From: Octopus sinensis
Lineage: Eukaryota
DNA length: 64,000 bases
NCBI RefSeq assembly: GCF_006345805.1
Contig: NC_042999.1
Span: 135,098,001 to 135,162,000, forward strand
Direction of reading: 5' to 3'
Position 1 is the stretch's first letter. The number at the start of each line of letters is the position of its first letter. The notes beneath the pieces were generated by a model. The model was not told the origin of the DNA, did no database searches, and worked only from the letters and a program-made list of their open reading frames with translations. The translations under genes and the position numbers were made by a program. Below are positions 24,638 to 37,688 of this stretch, one piece after another.

Positions 24638-25112
24638 TTAAGAGTATAAGTGTCTATGGAATTCAGTGAGCAAGTATGCAGTTAATCAAGCAAATGAATA
24701 CTAATTGTTGAAGTTGATAGAGATACATTTGACTTATTTTCTAAGTTGATAATGGAGCGAAAGAGAGATTTTACTTCTTTGCAATTTTGAAATGAAAGAA
24801 TACACGGTCCATTGTATTTAGGATTGTGCCTTTACCTAACAATCTCAATTTAATTGCATGAAGCATTCTGAACAAGAAATTAATATTTGTTTCTCCATGA
24901 CTTAAAAATCATACTAAGCATCACATTTTCAGTTTAATAAGTCCATCTTGTCTTAGGAAAATAGCTGTAAGTCATCGTCATCCTCACCACCACCACCACC
25001 ACCACCATCACATTGATGTCATTGTTTTCTCTCTTAATGCTGCCAAATAATTTCAAACATCACAATTTATCCATAGCTTTGATAATTATTTTCTGTGAAA
25101 CTTTATTTTTAG

Positions 25113-25283
25113 GATTTCTTACAAATTCAGTGTGGCCAGCTACAAATGTCACTGAAGAAACTATTGAAAACAGCTAGCAAACATGTATATGAGTGTGGCC
25201 TTTGCAGCCAAAAAGGATTCATCTGTGAAATTTGCAAGAATGCTCAAGTTATTTATCCTTTTGAAATGGACACAACATACCGA
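25113..25283 (+). CDS. PLEKHM1: PLEKHM1-like exon (DFLQIQCGQLQMSLKKLLKTASKHVYECGLCSQKGFICEICKNAQVIYPFEMDTTYR)
   Basis: HVY.C.LC.Q.GFIC.IC....I.PFE.DT matches PLEKHM1/PLEKHM3 better than DEF8; TTTTAG / CGA|GTAAG. Confidence 0.96.
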
Positions 25284-25351
25284 GTAAGTGTGAACCAGTA
25301 ACCGATTTTAGTGTGAAAAGTAGCTGATACCTTTTGTTTATATTGAGCCAT

Positions 25352-25670
25352 TGTTGATTTAAATATTATAGTGTTGATTTAAATATTATAGTATTGATTT
25401 AAATATTATAGTGTTGATTTAAATATTATAGTATTGATTTAAATATTATAGTGTTGATTTAAATATTATAGTATTGATTTAAATATTATAGTGTTGATTT
25501 AAATATTATAGTATTGATTTAAATATTATAGTGTTGATTTAAATATTATAGTGTTGATTTAAATATTATAGTGTTGATTTAAATATTATAGTGTTGATTT
25601 AAATATTATAGTATTGATTTAAATATCATAGTGTTGATTTAAATATTATAGTGTTGATTTAAATATTATA
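25352..25670. repeat. 20-bp intronic minisatellite, about 16 units (AAATATTATAGTRTTGATTT)
   Basis: Direct reading; period 20 with one G/A variable site and one T>C variant. Confidence 0.98.
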
Positions 25671-25734
25671 AACCTATCTATAATCAATTATTTACTCAAT
25701 AATTTTCTATAGTTTAGTCAGGACGAAACTATTA

Positions 25735-26460
25735 CCTAGTATTAGATTTGGAAGGGTGAGACACATGGGGGAGGATGAATGACAGAGAGACAGATACATT
25801 GAGATGAGATGGAGGTGTTACAAAACTTGTTAAACTCCATTGTAGAAGTTGTATGATTGTCAGACAGAAGAAACAACATATCCTTGAACAAATAATTGAA
25901 GTGTTTTGAGAAGTAATCAAAGACTGATTAGATTTATGTAGTCAAGTCTACCAGGAAAACATCAGTGAGAAGTGAATTCTTGAGGGCTTGAGTAAAAGAA
26001 ATAGGTATAGTGGTTAATACAGAATCAAGACAAGCTGAAAGAAAAGTATATTAAGAGAAGAATGTGTTGGATGAGTCTGGGTACAGGTGTGCAACTAAAT
26101 AGTTTATAGAAGCAATAGAATAAGCAGAAAGGAGTCAGTGTGTCTGAACCAGACGTTATAGTGTATTGGTGAGTAAGTCTTTGCCAATAATTCAGATGGT
26201 TTTCTGTAGGATGTGGTCAAGAATGTGTGTGTGAAGCAGTAGCACCTTCCCAGATGTGAGAATAGTAGGATTTACTTGAGCTTTGTCGAGGGTAGTTGAT
26301 CAAAGCTAAAGTATTTTCTGACCCATTAAGAGAAAGGATTTTCCTAAGGATACAGTTTTTGCTATGTTATGTTTGTGGGATTGTGAGTAGAGATTATAAA
26401 TGATTGTGAAGTCAAGAATTTAGAGCAGATTTGAGGATTTTAATTTTTATGTATTATTCT
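25735..26460 (-). mobile_element. Degenerate CR1/L2-group LINE remnant (second copy)
   Basis: Shares about 170 bp with 23182-23350; heavily interrupted reading frames. Confidence 0.55.
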
Positions 26461-26570
26461 AGACTAGAGAGAGTTGAAGTACATTATTGCTGTAGTTGAG
26501 TCTTTGCATTATTGAAAGAGACTCATTGTTATGTTCCCATTGGATAATAATGTTACAATTTTTATTTCAG

Positions 26571-26726
26571 TGTGAACAGTGTAAAGCTGTTTACCATAAA
26601 AGCTGCATGAACCAGAAAGACCAGTGTCCCAAATGTGAACGACAGCGGGAACGTATTCTGAAAGTAGGTCCACTAACCAACTCCTCAGAAGCAGATTATG
26701 ATATAGTTCCATGGGAAACTATGTAA
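26571..26726 (+). CDS. PLEKHM1: PLEKHM1-like terminal coding exon (CEQCKAVYHKSCMNQKDQCPKCERQRERILKVGPLTNSSEADYDIVPWETM*)
   Basis: C..C..V.H..C.....CP.C end of the RH domain; TTTATTTCAG acceptor; TAA stop. Confidence 0.95.
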   Translation, partial: CEQCKAVYHKSCMNQKDQCPKCERQRERILKVGPLTNSSEADYDIVPWETM

Positions 26727-27390
26727 TTAATATCCATAAGTGAGAAAGCTGCCTGGCTCTCAGATGAAGAGAAATTCTTGTCTATTCACGATGTTCACAA
26801 GAGTAGATTTCATCTCATCTGTCTGCACATCTTCACAATGGACATCTTTAAACTATCATAGAGATAAACTTGTGCAGCATTAAGTCTGTACATGTCAAAG
26901 TTCTGTGGTTAACATTTCATCTATTTGTTAATTTATTGACATTTGTTCCTTAACCAACCTTCAGATGTCAGCTAAGTAACTGATGCCATCTGTAGGTGGG
27001 ATAGTGGAGATACAAGACTACCACTAAACATGCTTCATTTTCTGCATTTTTCTCCTCATGGATGAGCATTTCCAGTTTTATATGAACAATATTTTATTCT
27101 GCTTTAACTCTATCAATTCTGCTGTTAAATGAAAAATTTTTTGTTTGGGGGTTTAGAACAACTAATATTAACCTAAACATGTATTTTATTTGTTTGTCTA
27201 TGTGTATTTTATGCATACAAACATGTACACATACATGCAAATACACACATGTTTACATTAAGCTGACACTATCAAGAACTACAAATCATATTTAATAATA
27301 TGGTATTTGGTGAGACAATACTAACTCACAGATGTTTGTTAATTGGGTTTTCTGTGTGTGTGTGTTGTGTGTTTTTGTAATATTACCAGA

Positions 27391-27925
27391 CTAGCTAATT
27401 TGACCTGCGCTTTGCTCGGGTTTTGGTGGTGGTGTTGTTTTGTGCGTGTTGTCTCCTTTTCCCTTTCTTCTTTGCTTGGTTCTTTTTATTGCCCTCTTCT
27501 TTTTCTTCTTTTTTATTTTTTCTTTGTCTTTATCTTCTTTCTCTTCTTCCACTCTTTCTTTTCTCCTCATCATCTCCATAGCTGATGACACCCCCCCTTT
27601 CCAAAACCCCCCAAATTTTTACACCCACAATTAAAAATAACCGCCTCTAGTCCCTGCAGCAACACGAAAAGCCACCATTATTCAAATAGCGCAACCTGTC
27701 TATCCCATAAAACTCAATTTTTCCCATATTTTTTACCATGGCAACCAAAAGGTAGCCCCAAGTGACTTGCAACCCTCCTCACACTATTGCCCACCCCATT
27801 TTACCCCCCAGTGTAAATTTTGGTGCCAATCTGACCCCATCTACCACCCCTTAAACCGTTCTCATCCCAAAATGAGACAAATAACCAAGAAATCAAACAA
27901 CTTTTTCACATTTCAGCTTCATAGA
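27391..27925 (-). mobile_element. Non-autonomous Helitron
   Basis: On the - strand: A|TCTATG start at 27925, CCCGAGCAAAGCGCAGG subterminal motif, CTAG|T end at 27391. Confidence 0.75.
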
Positions 27926-28069
27926 TATTGATGGGCCTACTTCTTTGTGCCATTAAGACTATAGCTACAAGTATAGTCAATTCAGCCCTAGTGCTACCTA
28001 GAAAGCCACATGTAGTACATACATGCATGAACACAACTATTGAGGCATGCTGCAATGCTGAATTATCTC

Positions 28070-28560
28070 ACTTCATTATTATGCTCAACATCTTTAACTC
28101 CACGTAAATAACGATGCATAATTTTAAAAAAGGCTTCCCAGTTTTGTGAGTACATGTCACAAGAACGAGCATTTACCATGCTACATGTTTTCTTTCAGTT
28201 TCTCTTTGCAACTGAACAAAAAAACCCACTCATCAAGACTGGGTATCTCATATTTCCCCAGGATTTACTTTGGTTATTCTCAACTGTCCCATATGTTCTT
28301 CATGTCTTATCTGCACTGTACTTGTGTTATAGAAATTTTGATTTCACTCAGTTTGCACTGGACAAAGATGTTCCTAAACTTATTGCTGTCCCATAGATTG
28401 TACAAATAATACATATGAAAGCTATGAAAATTATTTGTCTTATGCCATATCCTAGCTTTCACTCTGTAAAGCAGTGTTGGAAATACAATCACCTTGTAAA
28501 CATCTAACTTGGTTTTAGCAACATAAGCTAACTGAACTGCAGACAATAAGAGAGAGACTA
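28070..28560 (-). mobile_element. Degenerate RTE (BovB-like) LINE C-terminal remnant
   Basis: TKLDVYKVIVFPTLLY in ORF 28307-28615, followed downstream by a QLRWLGHMRRM-like segment. Confidence 0.75.
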
Positions 28561-31500
28561 AGCTAACATACACTTTGTATGCCATGAGTGACTCTGCTGT
28601 TTTCAAGGGTGACACTGCTGTTTATAACAAATCCTGTTAACAGAGTGAACTGTTTTCAGTAGTTTGTTAATTGATTTTATTTGTCTTTTTCTATTCTATA
28701 GATAAAATAGTTATTTGTTGGAGTAACTGCTTTTACCAGTGGATATCTTTCATACTACTCACCTTTGAAGTAGAACTGCTCAGAATTGTTATTGCTATTG
28801 TTTAATCACAAATTTTCCCTGATAGAGCAGACCTGTGATCTAAGACATTCCAGCCATGACCCCTTGTTTTGAAGGATAGAGTATCCAAAGTCACATTGTC
28901 TAATGTGTACTTCCTTTTTTCAAGGCACTAGGATGTAATTTGAGAGAGATTTGGCTGCTATTTCAAGCAAGTTGAGCTTGTCCGTTATGGTGGATACTAA
29001 ATACCTGGTAACTTCTGAAGAGTCCAGGATATGATTGAGATTTTGATTGAGGGTGGTTTATAATCTGCTTCACCTTGTTTTTCTGAGGCTGATGGTGTAG
29101 TAAAACACCAAGTTGTTGAATATGTTTATAACAGTGATTTATTTTTCTTAAGTTGTTATTGCTGATATTGTTATATGACCTTAGTTAAATATGATCAAAC
29201 AGATTTATTGCAAACAATAACCAATAAATAAGTAACAATCTGTGGCCCAAGTTCACTAGATATGCTGTGCTTTTGATTGGTTGATGGACACCATTGCACA
29301 TTTCATCATATGAGGGTAAAGTTTGGTGATCATAGCATTTTCCATAATGTATCATATGGTAGTCAAGTTAGCAAGGCTAGTATGGACATTGTAGCACATG
29401 TTATAAAAAGTAAAATATAAATCTTTTTTACTCATATAGTAACTTACAATTTAAAAGTTACATTTTCTAGATTTTGTTAATGACACTGGAAATATCTATT
29501 TCACATAAAAATGAATCTTGAATGCTTATCACAGTGCAGAGTGGGGTTGTTCAATCAGCTTTTGTCCATGGAACACATTAATTCATTTTTAATCCTTCTC
29601 AGTTTGGAACCTAAGTATTCTCCACTGCAGTTGGTAACATTTGGAAAACAAGTTTCAAAAAATTACCAAATATCTGGTAGGAAAGCTGTAAGCTCTTGTT
29701 TTGCATTAATATGAAGAACAAGATCAGTTTTAAACAGTTTAGTAAACTTTTGAAATTCTTCCCCAAGACTCTCTACTTGATATGAGTTGACAAGATTCGA
29801 TGGTCCCTATACAATCTGTTCAGGTATAAATGATAACTTCAATTGCTGAAGAAAGCCAAATACACCATTCATCTTTTGATATGCTTTCAAAGCATTTTGA
29901 CAGTGCAGAAAGCAAGATATCAAATGGTATTGAGCAAGAAGCCAAGTATTTTTCTGAGTGTGAAGATTATTAGTAACAGACATGAAGGAAATGCAAGCAA
30001 AATTGCAAGTATGAAGATTTCAAAGGTTCCAACACTCTTGGTCTACACGCTGAATCACAAATCTAGCCCTGACAGCAAAATATAGCATATATCCAAAGCC
30101 AGCTAGTATGCATATCTGAATATATCAGGAGTAGAATCCAGCTATACACAATAATGCTTACTTTTCTTCTCTTCACAGATAATGTGACTAAGTAAGATGA
30201 ATCCAATCAGTTTGGTGAATTCCTCATTTTTATGATAGGTATGATTTATGTCCTTTATGTTTGTATGAGTTTATATGCTCTACTAGAAAAGGGTAAAACT
30301 TGATCAGTAGTTCTGACAATCCAAAGTAATTTCCATATTGAAGAAAGTCAGTAGTTTCATTACTACTATGAAATGAAAGGACTTGTTCTGCTCATAATTT
30401 TACAGTTTCAGTAATTTGATCTAGAAGTGTAAGTCAGTACTTTTGTTTAATCCCTTGTCTCTTTCACAGGCTGGGAAGTAACATGTTCAGCTTTGTTCTC
30501 GTGCATCAACAGTGAAATTAAATCTTGTTTATATGAAGAACTTCCTTCATGTCAGTCTAATAGGTTGCTTATATTTTCCCACTCATTAAACTGCTTTCCA
30601 CTAAATTGAAATCATAAACTTGCATGGAAAACAGAACAGGCTTCCTTTCTGGACAGCGTAACCAATTTCTTGCATGCTTCTTGTTTATTGGTTTATGGAA
30701 ATGTACAAAATAAACTTCTGACTGTGCCAAGGTTTCTTTTCGTTGTCATACTATTACATGGATTTCGAAAATGTCTTTTTTGTTGACATTCATCTCTTCC
30801 TTTGGTTAGCTAATACTCATGATCACAATCATCTACATTGTTTGCCCATTCACCAATATTGTAGAATACTTTTCACTTGTTTCACATTCAATGGATGCTG
30901 TCTGTTACTGTCTCTCTTCTGCTGCACTAGTTCTAATTGTTCTTATATTCCTGACTTCAACTTTTACAGCTTCATCATCATCTCTATGAACATGAAGTAT
31001 TCTGTGAACTTGTGTGTTTTTTATATCATAGGCTGATCTCTTATTTCTTTTTCTTCCTTCACTTTGTTTTGTGCATTTCCAGAAACATAATGTCCTTGTT
31101 GCTATTGCAATGGGAAAATATCAATAAAATATTCATTTAAAAACAGGTAGATTATGTAAATAAACATACGGACTGCACCGGTAAGCACCAAAGTAGAGCG
31201 CTATAAGGTAGCAGTTTCAAAGCGTAGAGTGATATAAGGTAGCAGTTTCAGAGTGTAGTATATTATATGGATTGTGGGAAATAAAGTCCAGTCTGATTCT
31301 GAAAAAAAAATTCAATAAATAAAAGTAGCAGCAAAGAAAATTAAAAGTTTTTAGGTAAAGGAACAAGAGAGAATGTAAACATGACTAACTTATCCAATAA
31401 TAAGCAAAAAAAAAGCTTGCAATAACTGCAATTACAAAGTATTTATAATAGCTTGTGGGCCAAACTTCAAAAGGCTGAGTGAAGGAACTATTTTGATTAC

Positions 31501-33776
31501 CAAACTAATTCTGAGTGGCAATTCTCATATGGAACTTGCAAAATTGTGTCATACCATTTTGGGTTTACTTCTTTAAAAAGTTTAGTTACACTTTGTTTAT
31601 ATCTGAACCAATACAAAGCTGTTTTATTGAACTAAGATTATTTTAATGGATCCAACTGCATATTTAAAGAACTAATGCATATAGATCAACAAGCACAATG
31701 GATAAAGTTGGACTAATTGAAGTGAATACAAGAGTTCTAGGATTTATTTTATCAAAAGCTTCATATTTACCTTCTAGTCAATGTGTTTGAGCAATTTAGA
31801 AGGTTAGCCTCAGAATATGATAGCTTAGACATGTTAAATTATGTTAGTAATCCCTCATCATGGGTTCCATCCCTAGGAACACCCATTCATTAACAATTCA
31901 GAAATTTATTACACATTTGAACAGTGAATCCAAAGTGGAATGACCTTAATTAATGAACATTTATTTATCTGTAAACACTGATATATCATAGAACTACTTT
32001 CCTTCCCTACTGATGAATTCTCTTATGTTTGTTAATATTAACAACCTTCATTGCAATACCTTTAAAACAAATCACTGTGGAAAATTTAGATAGGTGAATC
32101 CTTCCTCTATAGATTATGATTTCATTTTAGGCCAAACCTAAAAGATATGAAGCTTAAATGTTGCAACATTATGCAAATTCACTAACAAATGTGTAAGTTA
32201 AATATTCTCACCTGATGTTAAACTCTAATATGTAGATTTGTGTTGTTAGCATCAATTTAATGCTGAGCTGTTCCTTGCTTGTTTAAAAATCTCAATTTGA
32301 TTTCATGGGAATAATTAACATTCCACTGTCTACAATATGCAATAATCTGATTCAACTGACTATATTTATGAGATAAATGATAATTAAGCTCAAGTATTGT
32401 TTGTTGAGTTTAATGCATTGAAAAGAAATCTGTTAATAAGCATCCTATGAAAGCCCATTGTCTTTTTCATTTCTTTAATTTAAAGTATTTTTCATCTTTG
32501 AAGTATTCAAAATATTAGATCAACCTTAAATACCCAGTCTTTCATAAAGCATAGAGTACTATAATAATCATGTGCTGAATTAAGAGTGCTAGTTCACAGG
32601 AATTTAATATGGAGCCAGTCTTGTTACTAGATTAATCCAGCTCTGCAGATCAGGGTCCCACCTAAATGTTAGACTTCTTTTTCACAGCAAAATAATTTAC
32701 TTTACTTTTCAATTTTTTATTTATTTGTTTGTTTGGTTTTTTTTTTGGATTGTAAAACAGTAGAATCAGAAGGAACTGGTTAAATACTGTAGACTAACAC
32801 ATTAAAGTTGGTTGATGAATACTGTTGATTCTTGGAGATTTATTATGAGTGATTGACCCTCCTCAAAGTTTGGTCCTTGTATATACTTTAGTGTGGATAT
32901 AGCTACTGTGCTGGTCTAGATCAAATGGAAAAGTTATTGTTGGAAGAACAATTTTATAGAATTCTAAAGAATTATTGATGTGTCTCCTTGATTTTTGGTG
33001 GTCAAATAAGTAATTATTGGAACTCTAAGGGTTACAGTTGAATAACTAATTACTGAAACTATAATGGTTACAGCCATTGGCTACATTACCCTCTTGTCTA
33101 AGTGGTACTTAATATTGATTTTTATTTGTCCCCTCTCTAAAACCCTCTTTAGCTAATTGTACCAGATATTGGTTGATGTCCCCCTCCCTTTCAAGATGCC
33201 AAATGTAATATACAACAAAAATCAAAGGTCTATGCCCTACAGAATGGAATGTCATAGAGTTCTCTCCTATCACCGACTTCTTAAACTTATACATGCAAAA
33301 ACTGCCTCAATGTTCACATTACAGCTCCACTCATTCACAGCTCATCAGAAATAGCTCACTACTTTGAATCCTAGTTTCACAACTACAATGTAATAGTAAC
33401 ACTAAACAATTCCTCTCTACTACACAACATACACTAAAGAGCATTGTTTTATACCTCACACTGTATTCTATAAAATATATCCCACACCCAATGATACAAG
33501 ATTTGTGTGCTTGTCTGTTAACTTACACAAATGTCTGTGTGTGAGTACACTTTGTATATAATATTTCAAACTACCTATTTATTAAATTCAAATTCTAATG
33601 ACATATTTTATTTTTCAAAATATTTAAAAATTGTGCTGTTGTTCTGACTCTTCAGTCTATTGGAAAAAAAAAAAAAACCATTAATTTTTAAATTTCATTT
33701 CGTATTTGTTTTATTTCATATTTTGTAATGTTTTACTGTTGATAATATATTTTTCTTATTTTATTTTTGTTAATCT

Positions 33777-35790
33777 TTTATTGATCCAATTTCTTCCAAA
33801 TCATCTAATGGTATGCTTTCCTGTTTGAACAGTGGCATAATAACCTGTAGCGTTTGCAAGGGCTGTAGACATTGCCTTTCTTCCTTGGTCTAAGACTTCA
33901 AAAATCTGGAAATTAAATTATTCTTCATCTTAATAACAAATAATTCAGTTAAGTAATATCATCCATATTCATGACATATTTATCAAGATCTTTTCTATCA
34001 CAGCCTTCTAAAGTACTACATAGAGCAATGAATGCAACTTACTGTGGAATCATTTGCTTTTCATATACAATGACCAGATATTTGGATTCTGTTGCAAGAA
34101 GATCCCTAATTAGAAGTTGTTTTTCAAACATATTTATAGTATTTATTCTTCTGATGCAGATAAGCCGTTAGTATTTGGTGATGAATATATTTAGCTTTAA
34201 TTAAATAAAGTTGAAACATATCTTAGTCTCTGCCTACAATATGATAAAGGAATAATGGAAGAAAAAAATCAGTTTTAATCATAGCGACATACTGGATATT
34301 TTGGCTGTGTTAAGTTGGACAAAAATCTTGATATTCTCTATGTCAGTTTTCTTAAACTTATGTTGAAGGAAAATTTGTAATTGGATGGAAGTTTAATGAC
34401 GATGGCTCTTGTTTATGAATTATCTTAACATTCTTAGATAAAAAAAAAAAAAAACATTCTTATCTAACATTAAAATGAATCTATGATTGAAATTAATCCG
34501 CACCTTTAATTATGCTGAATCAATAGATTCAAGCTATGATTCTGTTGACATTATAGTGAATATTATTTTTTAAGTAACTTATAAATTATTTCTGTCTCTA
34601 TTATTTGGATGGAATATGAGACTTAGATTAAATACTGAAATACAAAGCAGTAAGACCAACTCAGTTGAGATTTAGATGTACAGAATTAGCTTATTTCTAA
34701 AGAATTGTTGAAGATGTCATTAATTTGTGCCTGAATAAAACAACAAAATTTCCAAAGGTTATATACATAACCTTCTATAACAATGATTACTTAAAAAGGA
34801 ATTGTATGTAACAAATTGGAACATAACTTGGTAGGCGTAAATATTAATTTCTAATTTTAATCAAAATGCCAAAATTTGCAGAGAGAGATTTTGTTGATTT
34901 AGTCAGTCACAGTACTTGACTGGAATTTATTTTACTGCTCCAGGAAGGAAGAAAGGCAACATCAACAACAGTGGTATTTGAACATGGATTTGAACATAAC
35001 TAAATACCACAAGGTATGTAGTTAGATGCTTTACTACATCTGCCACTCACACCCTGAGTAGCAGCAAATATTGCATTAAGGTCAAGTTAATTATGACACA
35101 AAGCATAAAAATATGTTATGCAAGTGATAAAGCATAAATAGTGTTAATATTTAAAATTATTTGACTACACATGACAATGGTATCTCAATGAATAACAAAT
35201 ATTTAATATCATTTTGTGATCATTTTCCAATTAAGACACATTCCTTCTGTGTTGATGTAAAAATGCCAAAAGTATTCTTATCAAATGTAGTTATTTTGTT
35301 TAAGTAGTTAACTAACTAAACTATTGCCTGGTACTATTTCAAGATATGATATTTGTCATTTCACTAGATGCTCAAAGATTTTCTAATAGTTTACATAAAC
35401 AGAACGACATTTAGATCGAGATTAAAAATTTTAAATTAAATATGATGTTATTGACATTTCAAAGATTACAACTCGCTGGCAGCAGTGCTATACTTTTTTT
35501 TTTTTTTTTCAAATTCTACTTTTGTAATAAAAATATTTTAAAAAATCACATACATTTGATTGTTAAATAATATCAGATCAAATATGTCGAATGTTATTTT
35601 GTTCTATTGAACTCAATATAGAGAAAAGGCAGGAATTATTTTCTCTAATTTCGGCAACATTCCAAGTAAACTTTTGATTAAAGAAAGAAAATCTCAGATA
35701 GGTGTATCAACAGGCCATGGCAAGGTTAGTAGCACCTCCTGGTGCTATAATCATAATATAATTTCACTATCTTTCTCATGAATATGGCAA
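33777..35790 (-). other. Candidate spliced small gene or lncRNA (exons 35790-35736, 34150-34043, 33905-~33777)
   Basis: TTTTATTTTCAG acceptor; TACTAAC branch site then CATCAG acceptor; CA|GTAAG donor; TTTCCAG acceptor; AATAAA at 33782-33777. Phases are compatible, giving ..MRKIVKLYYDYSTRRRINTINMFEKQLLIRDLLATESKYLVIVYEKQMIPQFLKS*. No homology recognised. Confidence 0.35.
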
Positions 35791-35841
35791 CTGAAAATAA
35801 AACACATAAACATTTGAAGTTTGTTGGGATGTTTCAGTGAA

Positions 35842-36024
35842 AATATCTAAAAAAAAAATTGTAACACAACACAACACTTAAATGAATATCTAAAAAAAAA
35901 ATTGTAACACAACACAACACTTAAATGAATATCTAAAAAAAAAATTGTAACACAACACAACACTTAAATGAATATCTAAAAAAAAAATTGTAACACAACA
36001 CAACACTTAAATGAATATCTAAAA
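35842..36024. repeat. Four perfect 43-bp tandem repeats plus an 11-bp partial
   Basis: Unit AATATCT-A10-TTGTAACACAACACAACACTTAAATG at 35842, 35885, 35928 and 35971. Confidence 0.97.
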
Positions 36025-37116
36025 CTGTTTGCACTCCAGCAGCAATCACTGTAAATGGAAGATCAGTGACAAATGTTCTAAATAAACATTTTATTGAACA
36101 CAATATAATTTTCTTCTTCATTGCTAATGTCATCCACCTATCTTTGTGTGTATGTATGTGCATGTGTGTATATATATTATTTTAGTGTGAGAGAGGTGGG
36201 GGAGGGGTACAGTGCTCATAAACTTTGCAGGTTCTCCCAGTCCCACAAGAAAATTAAATAAATCCATCTAGTAAAGAGCATGTTTGTGCATGTTAATGGC
36301 TCTGAAGAGTAACTTTGTCTTTGGTACGCAGTTTTGTCTGTTATACCTATGGGGTCACCATGGCAGATGATCTGAGATATCATAGGCCTTATATTTGTAA
36401 ATCTATGAAAATTTTGAAAACTGTTCCAAAGTTGAGAATGTAGAATTCAGCTACACTTAAACCCCATTGCTTCAAACAATTCTCAAATTCCTGCAAATAG
36501 AATGAACACTTGATTTTTCATAGAATATTTTCCCTCAAAAGCTCTGGACATAACATCTCAAGAAGCATTACGATAACTTTAATCACACTTTTTCTTTGTC
36601 ATAAATCAAATAATTTATAGAATGTTTCTGAGTGTGTGTATAAGGTTATAGAATTTTTTTTTTTTCTTTCAGGCTTTTCAAAATTATTTTCAAGTCAAAT
36701 AAATTGAGCAAAATATAAACAATAAAATGAAAACCCCACTGTACCTTTTGGCTGCATAGGGTTCTTATGAATTCATACTATGTTAATTTTGAGAATTCAA
36801 TGAAGTTTCATTGGCAGTTTCTTTTTCACATCAGATTTGATGCTAATCCTTTGCAATAACTTTCTTGACGGGACTTCAGTTATGTAAAGAATTCGTCAGA
36901 GTACAAGCAACAACAAAGAACATGTGGAACAATTAATCCCAACACATTTTTTCTCTCCATTTGTTTTCCTCTCATCCCTTTCTGTCAAAGAGTGTAGGCT
37001 CAAATCTTCAAAAACTTTGCCATTTTTCTCCACACATCTAACTAATACACCTGCTTATTGTTCCTTCACCTGTCTCTGTCTTTTATTTTCTGTACATTTG
37101 AACCATATACTAGAAC

Positions 37117-37688
37117 TTGTATTTAAGAATGGTCATTTTGCCAGTTTAGCCAATAAAAACACACACACTATATATTTGGTGTTACTTTGCTTCAGCGTTA
37201 TTCATTTTTTTACATTAATCTTAAGCTTATTTCAGCCAGAGTTCTTTCGTCACACTCCTCTGACCTCATCAGTGGTCCTTTGCTTTCTTCTTTCATATTT
37301 GTGTCTCTCCTTACTACTAACGGTCAACCATTTTGTATTCCAATTGTATGTGTCTTCATTTGCGCATGCATATATCTCTATGTGTGTCTATGTTTAGTTA
37401 GTGGGGGGGGAGTGCCTGTAATATTTGTAAGGAGAGACACACAAATACGAAAGAAGAAAGCAAAGGACCACTGATGAGGTCAGAGGAGTGTGACGAAAGA
37501 ACTCTAGCTGAAATAAGATTAAGATTAATGTAAAAAATGAATAACGCTGAAGCAAAGTAACACCAAATATATTGTGCGTGTGTTTTTATTGGCTAAACTG
37601 GCAAAATGATCATTCCTAAATACAACAATATCTGTTTCAACACACAGATTTCACATCAAAAATCTTGCAAAACAAATATATAAACATA
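37117..37688. mobile_element. Fold-back hammerhead-containing Penelope-type element
   Basis: Arms 37117-37314 and 37427-37625 with a 112-bp spacer, 63-bp extension and TSD ATATACTAGAAC (37105-37116, 37689-37700); hammerhead-like motifs at 37236-37275 (-) and 37468-37507 (+). Confidence 0.82.

Noticed and set aside
25352-25670. CRISPR-like array
   Set aside because: Units are contiguous with no unique spacers, and the context is a eukaryotic intron without cas genes.
27343-27634. Lys/Glu-rich and Phe-rich ORFs
   Set aside because: Low-complexity purine/pyrimidine tract inside a non-autonomous Helitron.
30709-30714. PLEKHM1-like poly(A) signal defining a ~4-kb 3'UTR
   Set aside because: AATAAA is frequent in this AT-rich DNA and cannot be assigned without transcript data.
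31193-31260. 31-bp tandem duplication (also a 20-bp direct repeat near 55285-55330)
   Set aside because: Only two copies each; consistent with ordinary slippage.
33801-34105. Selenocysteine or edited-stop readthrough frame (GHCI*KANDST-IFEVLDQGRKAMSTALANATGYY...)
   Set aside because: It needs a weak internal acceptor; with the better TACTAAC/CAG acceptor this frame has another stop. I found no SECIS and recognised no homology.
36300-37100. Additional - strand coding exons or a Penelope ORF remnant
   Set aside because: The protein-looking frame has several stops, splice signals are weak, and I recognised no diagnostic motif.
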